Virus record (IMG/VR): IMGVR_UViG_3300037484_000235
Coordinates: 64,001 to 128,000 of that record
DNA: 64,000 bases
Source of the DNA: a virus
Lineage: Duplodnaviria > Caudoviricetes
Reading direction: 5' to 3' (one strand)
Shown here: positions 29,969 to 39,593 of the stretch, piece by piece
How positions within the stretch are numbered: the first letter of the stretch is position 1
How the letters are laid out: each line of letters starts with the position of its first letter
Position numbers and translations under genes: made by a program
The notes under the pieces: model-generated
What the model was told of the DNA's origin: nothing
The model's database searches: none
Seen by the model: the letters and a program-made list of their open reading frames with translations, nothing else

Positions 29969-31072
29969 ATGTCAAATCTTCGATCTAAGCTCATCCGGCT
30001 TGCCCACGCCAACCCAGAGTTGCGTGCAGATCTCCTGCCCCTCTTGAAGAAGATCGCAGGGGAAGAGGATCCGAGAGTTCAAGGTCTCAGCTCAGCAGAT
30101 CGAAAGGTCTACGATCGGTGGCTCTCCGAGGGGGAACCCGAGCTTGCGGACCGTTGGCTCAACAGGGTCTCCCCCATCGAGGATTCTAGCTCTGTGCTGT
30201 GGGACAAGATTGACGCCATCGTGAAGAGTGCACGAGAACGCTCAATGAAAGAGGGAAAGACTGTCTGGAAAGATAACACACCCCAGCACCTTCCCCTGTT
30301 CCGGAAGTACCTTGAAGAGGGCCTGAAAAAGGTCTTCCCTGGGGTGTCTATCAAGCGACAGATTGACCACGTTGTTCATGACCCGCAGGATAGATTCAAG
30401 ACACGCATGGATATCACGGACTACCTCCACAGGTATCTGCAAGGTAACCCAGCGAAGTTCGCAAGTGACAAAGAGGCGGGCCTTCCCCGTTCGACCTACC
30501 TACCGAAGGACAACGACACCCTCACTGAGCGCATCAATACTCCAGAAGGCCTGGACATCTGGACTTGGGAGATGCCAATTAGAGGAAACCCAGCCTATAG
30601 TGCCATCGCTTTCGCTGGCAAAGCTGACAAGCCTCTTTGGCAGTTCAACTACTCAGATTTCTCACGACGAGAGCGCCAGATTCAAGACACCATCAAGAAC
30701 TACGAGGCCGGTGCTGAGGCCAAGCGCAAGCGCCAGGAAGAGCGCAAGCAGTTCCAGCACGGACTCCAAGTAGGGGACATTCTTGTGGCCTCGTGGGGCT
30801 ATGACCAAACAAATGTCAACTGGTACGCCGTAGTCGGGGTGCCTACCGTAAAGATGGTTCTGGTACGAGAGATTGGATCCAAGATCATCTCTTCCGATGG
30901 GTCTGGATCAGACAGAGTTGTCCCAGACCCCAGTAGGCCCATTGGCAGTGTTCTGAGACGCATTCCAGGAGGCACCGCAGGAAATCCCAGGGTCAAGATT
31001 GAAGACAGCATAGTGGCCCACAAGTGGGAGGGGAGGCCTGAGCGTGCAACTTCTAGTGGTTGGGGGCACTGA
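29969..31072 (+). CDS. putative virion cargo protein with LRSKLIRLAHANP motif
   Basis: N-terminus matches the 8058 ORF; KIA/KFA/KEA junctions. Confidence 0.65.
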   Translation: MSNLRSKLIRLAHANPELRADLLPLLKKIAGEEDPRVQGLSSADRKVYDRWLSEGEPELADRWLNRVSPIEDSSSVLWDKIDAIVKSARERSMKEGKTVWKDNTPQHLPLFRKYLEEGLKKVFPGVSIKRQIDHVVHDPQDRFKTRMDITDYLHRYLQGNPAKFASDKEAGLPRSTYLPKDNDTLTERINTPEGLDIWTWEMPIRGNPAYSAIAFAGKADKPLWQFNYSDFSRRERQIQDTIKNYEAGAEAKRKRQEERKQFQHGLQVGDILVASWGYDQTNVNWYAVVGVPTVKMVLVREIGSKIISSDGSGSDRVVPDPSRPIGSVLRRIPGGTAGNPRVKIEDSIVAHKWEGRPERATSSGWGH

Positions 31073-32307
31073 TGACATACAACGAAGCTGTGGCCCTCCA
31101 GGAGGCCCTCCTAAAAGAGCTTCGCAAGGAGGCTGTTAGGAAGGATAGATACGAGCCAGTCCTGTCCACTCCACGCAAGATTCCATTCAAACCCAAGAAG
31201 TACTTGAGTGGTGGAGATCTGGTCCTGCGTCGAATAGCACTCTCGGCTAAGCGAGATGCAAGACATCAGAATGAGACTCGGGCTATGGACCTGCCATTAC
31301 CCGAACGGTACACCAACGAGATCAACCATGCCCTCGGATACAGCACCCTTCCATCGGAGCGCCAAGAGATTCTTGTGGAAGCCACTCGTGTGTACAACGA
31401 GAAGTTCAACTCAGTGATCCAGGAAGAGGCCCAGATGAAGACCGCAGCAGAAGTCACCAAGTCCACCGTCAAGTCCTGGATGAAGAAGAACGTGGCCGAC
31501 CACGTTGATCCCAAGACTGACGAAGTCAATGCCACAGGTCTTGCTGAGGCAGCTGCCCAGGAGTTCGACAAGAAGGATCTTGGGGGATGGCTCGACGACG
31601 AGAGTCATTGGGTTTGGGAGATAGCATCAGACGTGGCTGAGGCCCATGAGAAGTCCTCGAAGAAGGCAGGCAGACTTCGCTCTGGTCTGATCCATCTCGC
31701 ACACGCTAATCCTGATCTGCGCCCACACCTACTTCCGCTTTTGGTGCGAAAGGAGTCGAACTTCGTCCAACCCATCCTTGAAGGGATGACACTCACGATC
31801 CTTGGAAAGCCACACAAGGTGATGGGGGTGACTCGCGGGACGGAGTGGGATCTGTACTCATTTGATGATGGGTTCAGCTTCAGAAACATCAAAAGCAATA
31901 GGGAAGACCCTGGATCCAAAGTGGGGGGTGACCTCTACAAGAATGGCAAGCCAGTAGGAAAGCACCTGTCCCCCATAGAAGTGAAGAGGATTCTCCAAGA
32001 GGCAGAGCCCCTGGGAAAGACTGCGGCGAAGGAAATGGATGACGCGGAGTTCCAGAAGCTCATCAAGAAGATCGCGAAGTTGACAGACGAGAATGCCCAC
32101 ATGGAAGCACTACAAATTCTCGCCGAGTCGTTCTTCTCGAAGAAGTTGGTGGGTGCCATGGATGCAATCAAGACCCTCCACGATTTCTTCGGGGACATTC
32201 CCTCAGGACTTCGCAAGGTTATCAATGAGCTGACCGATGGTATGTGGAGTGATCTAAAGCTCCGGCTTCCACCGGAACAGTATGCAGCTCTCCACGGAGT
32301 GTTCTGA
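31072..32307 (+). CDS. putative virion cargo protein with internal LRSGLIHLAHANP motif
   Basis: motif at 31672-31743; KTA junctions. Confidence 0.65.
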   Translation: MTYNEAVALQEALLKELRKEAVRKDRYEPVLSTPRKIPFKPKKYLSGGDLVLRRIALSAKRDARHQNETRAMDLPLPERYTNEINHALGYSTLPSERQEILVEATRVYNEKFNSVIQEEAQMKTAAEVTKSTVKSWMKKNVADHVDPKTDEVNATGLAEAAAQEFDKKDLGGWLDDESHWVWEIASDVAEAHEKSSKKAGRLRSGLIHLAHANPDLRPHLLPLLVRKESNFVQPILEGMTLTILGKPHKVMGVTRGTEWDLYSFDDGFSFRNIKSNREDPGSKVGGDLYKNGKPVGKHLSPIEVKRILQEAEPLGKTAAKEMDDAEFQKLIKKIAKLTDENAHMEALQILAESFFSKKLVGAMDAIKTLHDFFGDIPSGLRKVINELTDGMWSDLKLRLPPEQYAALHGVF

Positions 32308-32308
32308 G

Positions 32309-33184
32309 ATGAAAGTCGACCTGAGCAAGCTGGTCAGGGATTTTGTCCAAGACGGTATCTTCCCTGCGGACGTGAATCTACCGGCTTCCAGACAGAGATT
32401 GGGACTCTCGGTTGACTTCGTCAATTCGGAGTCAGAGCTTCGAAAAGAGCTGTTCAACTCTGACGGATCAACCAATTTCGTTGGGATTTGGACGTTTCCA
32501 GATCACATGGACAAGAACAGTGGTGGAGGGATAACTACTGATGATTGGTCCAGATCCCTCATCAACAAGTTCCTGAGGAGATTCCCTGGAACAGAAACGC
32601 TATTGGCTAAGGAGTTCACTGAGAAAGTGCGCCAACAGTGGGGCTTTCACATTCAGCACGAGGTTGAGGATTGGTTCAGGACTCAAACAGAGAAGCCGTT
32701 CAGTCAACTGGTGGGTTATCGGGAGTCCCAGGAATGGATCCCTACCACTCTCGTTAGAGTCTTGTCCTCAATCGTCGGTGACAACCCCTCATGGACCAGG
32801 AACAACGGCCTGGTGATGCCTTTCCGTGTGAAGGCCATAATCCAGGCCACCAAGAAGAAGCCAGTGGGCCACTCTGTCGGGCCATTTTCCAACATGTCTG
32901 ATCAGGAGTTGAATGTGTGGATCCTCGTGTGGAAAGAGGATGCTCCAGAGAACTTCTGGATGGACGGAGAGCTTCGTTTGACACTGAACCATGCCATTGC
33001 ATTCTACCGGAAACAGTGGCGTGCGAAGACTCCCAGAGAGCAGACAAACCTTCTAGAGTCACTCATGTCGTCGGGTCACCGTGTGGCGTCCCCCAAGAGA
33101 GTCGCCACACGGTTTGAGACAACGCGGGAGCCGGGGGTCAGTCGATCACATCTTCCTTACGAAGGAACTCTCGGATCTTCGTGA
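32309..33184 (+). CDS. putative virion protein with C-terminal RVATRF motif
   Basis: ATG 32309. Confidence 0.6.
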   Translation: MKVDLSKLVRDFVQDGIFPADVNLPASRQRLGLSVDFVNSESELRKELFNSDGSTNFVGIWTFPDHMDKNSGGGITTDDWSRSLINKFLRRFPGTETLLAKEFTEKVRQQWGFHIQHEVEDWFRTQTEKPFSQLVGYRESQEWIPTTLVRVLSSIVGDNPSWTRNNGLVMPFRVKAIIQATKKKPVGHSVGPFSNMSDQELNVWILVWKEDAPENFWMDGELRLTLNHAIAFYRKQWRAKTPREQTNLLESLMSSGHRVASPKRVATRFETTREPGVSRSHLPYEGTLGSS

Positions 33185-34418
33185 GCATCACGGCCATCTG
33201 ACTGCGGGATACCCCAGCCTGAGCCGCCAGACCAGTCCGCTTCTCCCCGTCAAGGGCAGCATCGAACAGGGCCATATATTTGGCCCCATTTCCCATCTTG
33301 CGGAGAATCAGACTGCGAGCATTCTCGATGGTTTCGGCGGAGATGATCTTGTCTTCCGCACTCTGGAGATTGGGATTGTAGAGTTCACCCACGAATTCGC
33401 CATCCTCGATCTCGTACCGACGCTCGATGACGCTGTCCACCGAGTGAATGACCACCGTGGGGAGCTTCCCTGCGTCAGCCATACGATCGCGATTGGTCTT
33501 GGCACCTCGTGAGGTTCGCAGACTAGCGTCCACACCCCAGCTACGCATCTCAGTGCAGGCAGAGTGATATGCCCAAACACGGAGCACGCCAATCTGGACC
33601 TTCTTGCCAGCCATCAGGTAGGGGGCGAGAGTGTCCCGCTCGATGAGCCGAAGGAGAAACACCTGAACGTGGTCCTTGATCACTCCCATTCGACGTGACA
33701 TTTCAAGCTTGCAGATCAGGTGCTGGACCAGGATGGGACCCAGATCATGGTGTTCGGCGATCCACCTGGAGGTAAGGTTTCTACGGTCGATTGCCTTGAA
33801 GACTGCCTTCCCCAAGTCACTCTGCACGTACTTGCTCAGGCCGTAGCCCTCGTCAGAAAATCCAGCGAGAAACTCTTGATCCTCCCGGAGGAAATCCGTA
33901 AGAGCCGATCGAACTGTGACCTCAGGATCCTTTGGATCCACCACGATTGCAGTGGTGGGAAGGGACATCTCAGGAACGACAGGTGCCGTTTCAGCCTGAA
34001 TGGGGGTGGGGGCGGTGACAGTCTTGGTGACCTTGGGCTCCCGAGGTGCCTTGGGGGCAGCCTTCCGTGTTCCCTTCAGGGCTGGGAACTTCGTCTCCCA
34101 ATCTGTCAGGGTGTCCCACCCAAGAGCCGTCAGCTTCGTTGCTGGGCTACCGACGAGAATCCCCATCTTTCGGAGATCTTGGGCGGCATTGCTCACCGCG
34201 TGAAGCACAGAGGGACGCCCGTTTCGGGTGCCCATGCAATCGATCGAGAGACCCTCAGCGGCTAGCACGCGCGCTGAGTACACTGCGTAGAGATGAACAG
34301 CCTCCTTGTCTCCCTTGCTGAGTTCCGCCAGAGCGGTACAGATTGGCCTGAGCAGGTCTGCGCTCAGGACTGTCTTCGTTACGACCCCCGAAAATGAGGA
34401 ATTCCCACGCTGTGACAT
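33138..34418 (-). CDS. winged-helix plus sigma70-like (region 2 and region 4) fusion protein
   Basis: N-terminal domain paralogous to 1989/2956 ORFs; RVWAYHSACTEMR; C-terminal HTH GEKRTGLAAQAGVSRSQM. Confidence 0.55.
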   Translation of the reverse strand: MSQRGNSSFSGVVTKTVLSADLLRPICTALAELSKGDKEAVHLYAVYSARVLAAEGLSIDCMGTRNGRPSVLHAVSNAAQDLRKMGILVGSPATKLTALGWDTLTDWETKFPALKGTRKAAPKAPREPKVTKTVTAPTPIQAETAPVVPEMSLPTTAIVVDPKDPEVTVRSALTDFLREDQEFLAGFSDEGYGLSKYVQSDLGKAVFKAIDRRNLTSRWIAEHHDLGPILVQHLICKLEMSRRMGVIKDHVQVFLLRLIERDTLAPYLMAGKKVQIGVLRVWAYHSACTEMRSWGVDASLRTSRGAKTNRDRMADAGKLPTVVIHSVDSVIERRYEIEDGEFVGELYNPNLQSAEDKIISAETIENARSLILRKMGNGAKYMALFDAALDGEKRTGLAAQAGVSRSQMAVMLTKIREFLRKEDVID

Positions 34419-34587
34419 TTTGAATCTCCGGTTTGGACCCTGAAGTCGAAGACTTACGGGTTAGGTTGGTGACCCACTCGCGTGGGCTGCCGGATGTATA
34501 CACGAGCCCCCAGGGGGAAGTAAAGGAGAAAGTTCGCCCCCCATGTCGATTTTTTTCACCCTATGAACCCAACACTTTCGGAACCCC

Positions 34588-36228
34588 ATGATGCACAATC
34601 TGAAAATCGCCGGTACCTGGGACGAGATGGACGTTGTGGCTCGGGCACAATTCTTCGAAGGCTACCTGCATGTACGCCCATTTGGCCTGATTCGAGGCGC
34701 CAAGGGCAAGACCCAGCTCCTGAGGATGATTGAGAAGTCGCTTCAAGAGGTGGGTGGGACCCCCAATCCGGAGTGGACCTCCAAGCTCGACACCAAGTTG
34801 TACAGGGCCGTGTTCAACTCCGTCAATAAGGTCATCCGGTCTCAGGGCGGAGAACGCTCAATGGAGTCGACGGACGTCCTTCAGAACATGATGGGCCTGA
34901 GCGGTTGGGAGGACGAAGAAGGTGAGACGATTGAGATGGGTGGCAAGTCTCCCTTCTGGCTGGCTGGGAAGTACATCTCGGAGCACAGCCCTGAGAATCT
35001 CTTGTCCGGGAAGATGACACCTAATGATGCGGCTGGTCTTGCGATCAAGATTGCATACCGTCGGGCATTGGATGTGGTCCGTCAAGAATCGGACCGCACT
35101 AAGAAGCGTCAGGAGAATGAGGAGACGATCCTCGATGAGACTACTGGCCTTTCGGATTCGGATGATGATGACTGGAGTCAGGTCGTCAATGCCATCTTTG
35201 CAAATCCGGACAATCAGATTTCCAAGCGCTTCTTCACTTGGCTCACGAACAAAATTTCAGTGATCATGCGTCGGGGTGAAGGTGCACGACTCATCACTCA
35301 GTACCTTGAGCTATTGAAGGCTGGGGTCGTGAAGACGGATACCGAAGCCGCAGAGGCCCTGGGGACATCTTCGTCTGGGATTTCCAACACCAAGAAGGTG
35401 TTCACCGAATCCATGATGGTGTACCTCAAGAACAATCCACAGGCTCGGGAAGAGCTAGAAGATATGTTCTCGGATGCGCAGTTCTTCAGTAAGCTCTTCC
35501 GTGGAGATGTTGGGTACAATCCAGCCAACTCCGCTCGAAGGTTCGAGCATCGGATGGCCAAGAAGATTGCAGCCAGGTATATGGCGCAGCTTGCTGAAAA
35601 GACCGCAGCGGACAGCTTCGAGCTGGTGTACTCAACCGGCGGCCATGGGGGTCCCTACCACAGTGAGAAGGAAGCCAAGGACCGAGCCGAGAAACTCCTT
35701 AAGGGTGGCCAGGACCGATGGATTGCGGTAGTCCCAGCAGCGCAAGTCACGAACTTGACCAAGGCCAAGGCGGCGTGGATTCTCTATCGTGACAAGGGAT
35801 GGAAGAAGGGCCCAGATCAACTTCCAAATGTGTCCTCACGGGACCACAACCGAGAGCAGGATTTGAAGTCGGCTTCCCAGAATTTCACACAGCACACAGG
35901 GAAGGTCTACAAGTTCAATAGGGATGTCAGACTCAAGGATACATCTACCATCCCCAAGGGCTGGGAAGTCACTGTCGAGTATGATGGTCGTTCGACAGAC
36001 ATTGCTTTGGTCTCAACTGTGGTCCCTTTCCTGGCGTCTCCCGTGAGGATGAAGATCACCACGCTCTCTAAGGTGCTCGATGGGTATCCAAAGATGCCAA
36101 GCGTATCTGCGTTGGAGAAGATGTCCATGAAGGGAACGGCAACGACCCCCTCAGGAAAGCGCACGGATCCGGATGGATTTGCGGACGACGGCTCGCCCAG
36201 CTGGCTTCTCGTTGCTGGCGTAATCTGA
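34588..36228 (+). CDS. sigma-factor-like protein fused to KxA-delimited modules
   Basis: IKIAYRRALDVVR (region 2-like); DTEAAEALGTSSSGIS (HTH); MAKKIAARY; EKTAA. Confidence 0.5.
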   Translation: MMHNLKIAGTWDEMDVVARAQFFEGYLHVRPFGLIRGAKGKTQLLRMIEKSLQEVGGTPNPEWTSKLDTKLYRAVFNSVNKVIRSQGGERSMESTDVLQNMMGLSGWEDEEGETIEMGGKSPFWLAGKYISEHSPENLLSGKMTPNDAAGLAIKIAYRRALDVVRQESDRTKKRQENEETILDETTGLSDSDDDDWSQVVNAIFANPDNQISKRFFTWLTNKISVIMRRGEGARLITQYLELLKAGVVKTDTEAAEALGTSSSGISNTKKVFTESMMVYLKNNPQAREELEDMFSDAQFFSKLFRGDVGYNPANSARRFEHRMAKKIAARYMAQLAEKTAADSFELVYSTGGHGGPYHSEKEAKDRAEKLLKGGQDRWIAVVPAAQVTNLTKAKAAWILYRDKGWKKGPDQLPNVSSRDHNREQDLKSASQNFTQHTGKVYKFNRDVRLKDTSTIPKGWEVTVEYDGRSTDIALVSTVVPFLASPVRMKITTLSKVLDGYPKMPSVSALEKMSMKGTATTPSGKRTDPDGFADDGSPSWLLVAGVI

Positions 36229-36233
36229 TCCGT

Positions 36234-36704
36234 ATGCAGCCAAGTGCACGGCGCGTAGCAGCCCGTCACCTGGCTGCTGAGGCAGAGGATGCGGAGCAGT
36301 TCCTGGAGGGATTTCTCCGTAGGCACCCTGTGATGCGCACCCTTGTGCCAAAGAGGGTACGGAACAAGATGCCAACATCGAGCCATCATCACCCAGAAGC
36401 GTCTCAGGAGGGTTTGGAGATCTGGCTCTTCCCGAAGTTCTGGGCCCTGGACAAATCCACCAGAGACTTCGTGATGGCCCATGAAATAGGCCACTTTGTC
36501 CTTTCTGAAAGAGGCGGCCTCATCAAGTTGGTCCCAACAGGGGCCGACCTCGGTCTAGATCTGTGGGACACGTCATCCCTTCCATTTGGTCAGGAAAACA
36601 TGGAAGAGGCATTTGCAGACTCTTTCGCGACGTACTACCTAGCTCGACAGGAACTCGCGCGGCGGTACCCTTTGTGGGTGAAACTCATTGAGGCCACGGT
36701 CTGA
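36234..36704 (+). CDS. zincin-like metallopeptidase with RVAARH N-terminus
   Basis: MAHEIGH; EEAFADSFA. Confidence 0.75.
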   Translation: MQPSARRVAARHLAAEAEDAEQFLEGFLRRHPVMRTLVPKRVRNKMPTSSHHHPEASQEGLEIWLFPKFWALDKSTRDFVMAHEIGHFVLSERGGLIKLVPTGADLGLDLWDTSSLPFGQENMEEAFADSFATYYLARQELARRYPLWVKLIEATV

Positions 36705-37459
36705 GGATGCCCCCGGCTGCTCGTAAGGCACCCAGATAGGCGGTCAGACGAGCTTGGACCACCAAGCAGTACCCATACGGATCGTCTACGGTTCTGGAGG
36801 CCCCTAGGGGCTCAGACGAATTTCGCACAAATTTCTGGACAGGTGCCGAAAGCTCCCGTATACAGGCATCGGTTCTCTCACCTGACTTCGCCCAACAGGG
36901 GGTTGCCAGGTAGCGAAATTCCCTCCCGGCTGGATCTTCCCCTTGATTTATCAAGGAAACGAATAGCCCGGGGTCAGATGAGCACCCTTCCAACAGGGAC
37001 TCTATGGGGTTCGGACCCGAAAGGGTTGCAGAGGTCAGTACCAATCCTGACCAGGGCGCTGCCGATAGAGCTTCCCGTCTGAGAAATCGTTCTCCAGGGG
37101 ATCACCACAAAGGACCCGTGACGAGATGGCCTACGTAAGAGGCCCTCAGAGGTAGTCCCTCTGGTTCTTCGGGACAGACCTGTCGCAGCTGTCAACCTCC
37201 CACTCCTGTTGGTGGTCCAACTCCCCTGAAAAGGAGAACAGACCAGAAGGAAAAGGGTCTTACCGTAAGGAAGACCCAGAAGGGAAGAAAGGTAGATAGT
37301 TGATCGTGTTAAGCCACTATGTGAATCCTGATTCGAATCCACATACCTACTCATATACCTCTTCCTCTTGTAGTAGCCACACACGCAACACGCCTTCAAC
37401 AAGCTGCATTCATCACACGTGGGATTCGAATAGCCTGTTAGTAGAGTCCTGTTAGCAGA

Positions 37460-37786
37460 ATGAGCCCTTACCGGTCGAACATCTCGTTTCTCAGACTGGC
37501 TACAGACTGCTGGGAGATCCTGCAAGAGAACAGGGAAGCCTCATTTCCTCATGGGAGTCGAGCAGCACCCTCACGAGTGGTCTTCGTGTTTCCCAGATTT
37601 GACATGGGGTACCCATGGGATTTCTGGGATCAAGTGATCGTACCAGTCCTCACGGCGCTGAAAGCGGATACACCTCCCTACTTGGGTGGGTGGGGTAACC
37701 CAGACAGTAAGACCCTCGTGGAAGCCGCACTCCTGTCAGCGATCGATTCTTCGACCTGGTCTGCCAAGGTAGACCGCACTTCTTGA
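37460..37786 (+). CDS. hypothetical protein
   Basis: 108-aa ORF. Confidence 0.45.
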   Translation: MSPYRSNISFLRLATDCWEILQENREASFPHGSRAAPSRVVFVFPRFDMGYPWDFWDQVIVPVLTALKADTPPYLGGWGNPDSKTLVEAALLSAIDSSTWSAKVDRTS

Positions 37787-37975
37787 GGTTTTTCAGAAAT
37801 CGTAGAGCAGATCGTGAAAGGGTACGGACCTCGTCCGTTAGCTAAATGAAGGAGAGAAGTAGCCCACTTTTACGAGGGGTGCACTTTTTCTCGAATAGTT
37901 CGGACAGAAGAGTGTAAGGTAGATGCGGGTCGAATCCCCCGCGAGAATCCACGGGCCGAAAAAAGATCGCACCTC

Positions 37976-38188
37976 ATGTCGATTTTTCTGGACAGCCCTC
38001 AAGAAGTCATCCAAGCTCCCATCCAGGTCAGAACAGCTACCGCAGCAGACGCCATGAAACCATCGTTCCAAATAAAGCCCACGCATTCGTATCCAGCGAC
38101 CTCGCTGAATACAATGGTGTGGTGCGCCTTGTCCGCAGAAGGATTCTCAGATAGCATTGAGAACCTCCGTCAGGGTACCACCGGGTGA
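37976..38188 (+). CDS. hypothetical protein
   Basis: 70-aa ORF after GTGTAAGG motif. Confidence 0.4.
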   Translation: MSIFLDSPQEVIQAPIQVRTATAADAMKPSFQIKPTHSYPATSLNTMVWCALSAEGFSDSIENLRQGTTG

Positions 38189-38219
38189 ACTAGAACTACA
38201 TCTACCATAGATGAGAACT

Positions 38220-38251
38220 AGGCCACCCAGCGGAAGCAGGGTGGCCTTTTT
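38220..38251 (+). terminator. intrinsic terminator
   Basis: AGGCCACCC/GGGTGGCCT stem followed by T-run. Confidence 0.75.
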
Positions 38252-38285
38252 CGTTCCATGGGTCGAAAATCAAATCTCTCCGAAT

Positions 38286-38293
38286 CGTGTAAA
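38286..38293 (+). promoter_or_regulatory. CGTGTAAA promoter-like motif heading the tRNA array
   Basis: recurrent motif about 43 nt upstream of the first tRNA. Confidence 0.55.
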
Positions 38294-38335
38294 GGGTCTA
38301 CAGCCAATCGTTACCAAGCAGAAGTTCAACTCCAT

Positions 38336-38420
38336 GGATCAGACGTAGCACTGGGAGCTACACCGGCCTGTAACACCGGCGCCTTCGGGCAAGTAGGTTC
38401 GATTCCTACCTGATCCACCA
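38336..38420 (+). tRNA. tRNA-Tyr(GTA)
   Basis: loop CT-GTA-AC, long V arm, T loop, CCA. Confidence 0.9.
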
Positions 38421-38506
38421 ACCACTACAACCCACGTTCCCTACAGAAATACGAGGCATCGATGATCAGCGACATTCCAAAAACCAGCGGTTCCGTGTTT
38501 CTATAC

Positions 38507-38581
38507 GGGATCGTAGCTCAGCGGTAGAGCAGACGGCTTTTAACCGTACGGTCGAGGGTTCAATCCCCTCCGATCCCACCA
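38507..38581 (+). tRNA. tRNA-Lys(TTT)
   Basis: loop CT-TTT-AA, CCA. Confidence 0.92.
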
Positions 38582-38604
38582 GGAGATGTCAGGTTCACGT
38601 TCAT

Positions 38605-38680
38605 GCTGCGGTAGCTCAGCTGGAAGAGCATTCGGCCCTTACCCGAAACGTCATGGGTTCGACCCCCATCCGCAGCACCA
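38605..38680 (+). tRNA. tRNA-Lys(CTT), C33 variant
   Basis: loop CC-CTT-AC, CCA. Confidence 0.8.
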
Positions 38681-38706
38681 AGCTCTAGTTCGGTTCGTGT
38701 TTCGAT

Positions 38707-38777
38707 TCGGGAATCGTCCAATGGCAGGACAGCGGCCTCTGACGCCGTGAATAGGAGTTCGACTCTCTTTTCCCGAA
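38707..38777 (+). tRNA. tRNA-Gln(CTG)
   Basis: loop CT-CTG-AC; no encoded CCA. Confidence 0.85.
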
Positions 38778-38904
38778 CTGCTGACTGGGTCTCTGACAAC
38801 TGAATAGGATTCCTTCAGGCGGTCCACCGAGGCCGCAGGATCAGGACTCGTCCGAGCGTTCAAGCCATCTTCATGGCGCGCTCGGACGAGGGCCTGTCCA
38901 CTTT

Positions 38905-38980
38905 TCCAGGGTAGCTCAGTGGAAGTAGCGTCCGGCTGTTAACCGGATGGTCGCAGGTTCGATCCCTGCCCCTGGAGCCA
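38905..38980 (+). tRNA. tRNA-Asn(GTT)
   Basis: loop CT-GTT-AA, CCA. Confidence 0.92.
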
Positions 38981-39047
38981 AGACGAATGCTCGGTCGGGA
39001 GTACATCAATCTTCGATACCCCCTCTCGGCCACTAAAATTGTCGTCT
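38981..39047 (+). ncRNA. minimal Y-RNA-like hairpin
   Basis: outer stem AGACGA/TCGTCT; GACGAATG; inner stem GGTCGGGAG/CTCTCGGCC; UACAU loop. Confidence 0.6.
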
Positions 39048-39053
39048 GTCTTT

Positions 39054-39125
39054 AGGTCGGATGCCGTGGCGGCAAACGAGATTCCAACACTCGTGGACAG
39101 GGTTCGATTCCTTGCCGACCTGCCG
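39054..39125 (+). tRNA. atypical tRNA-Trp(CCA), short D arm
   Basis: A1-U72, G73, loop centred on CCA, canonical T arm, ends GCCG. Confidence 0.6.
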
Positions 39126-39170
39126 CGTGGTGACCGAAAGGGACTCTTACCGGGGTCTCGGCTTTGGTTG

Positions 39171-39235
39171 CTCGTAGGGCGAATGCCGCTGAGAACTACA
39201 TTCTCCAAATCAGAAGGGCTTGCCGGAAGGCTGGC
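39171..39235 (+). ncRNA. minimal Y-RNA-like element
   Basis: GGCGAATG at 39178-85; CTGA/TCAG helix; ACTACAT loop. Confidence 0.45.
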
Positions 39236-39286
39236 TCGGGTCGTCGCAAGACGGCCACTGTTTTCAGCACTCTTGTCGCTCGAAAT

Positions 39287-39360
39287 GCCTCATGATGCGC
39301 TTGGAGCGCAGCCTCTCTGTCTAAGAGGTGAAGCCGGTTCGATTCCGACATGGGGCGCCA
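39287..39360 (+). tRNA. atypical tRNA-Asp(GTC), U37
   Basis: loop CT-GTC-TA, G73, CCA, odd D arm. Confidence 0.7.
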
Positions 39361-39516
39361 AGATTTCGTCGGACGCCAATCCGATTGGGCCTTAGACCAC
39401 GACCCTTGGCGGGGTGAAACAGCACGCAGGGCTCACTGCCCTGTTGTCCGAGATGGTCGCTCGGTGGTTGGGTGTAACAGCCCGCGCCATGATGTAAAGG
39501 GCCCGAGATCTTGACT

Positions 39517-39592
39517 GCCATCCAAGCTAATCTGGTGAAAGCGCCGGTCTGAAGAATCGGAGAGCCTGGATCAAAACCAGGGGATGGCACCA
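39517..39592 (+). tRNA. tRNA-Phe(GAA), variant T loop ATCAAAA
   Basis: loop CT-GAA-GA, ACCA. Confidence 0.8.
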
Positions 39593-39593
39593 T

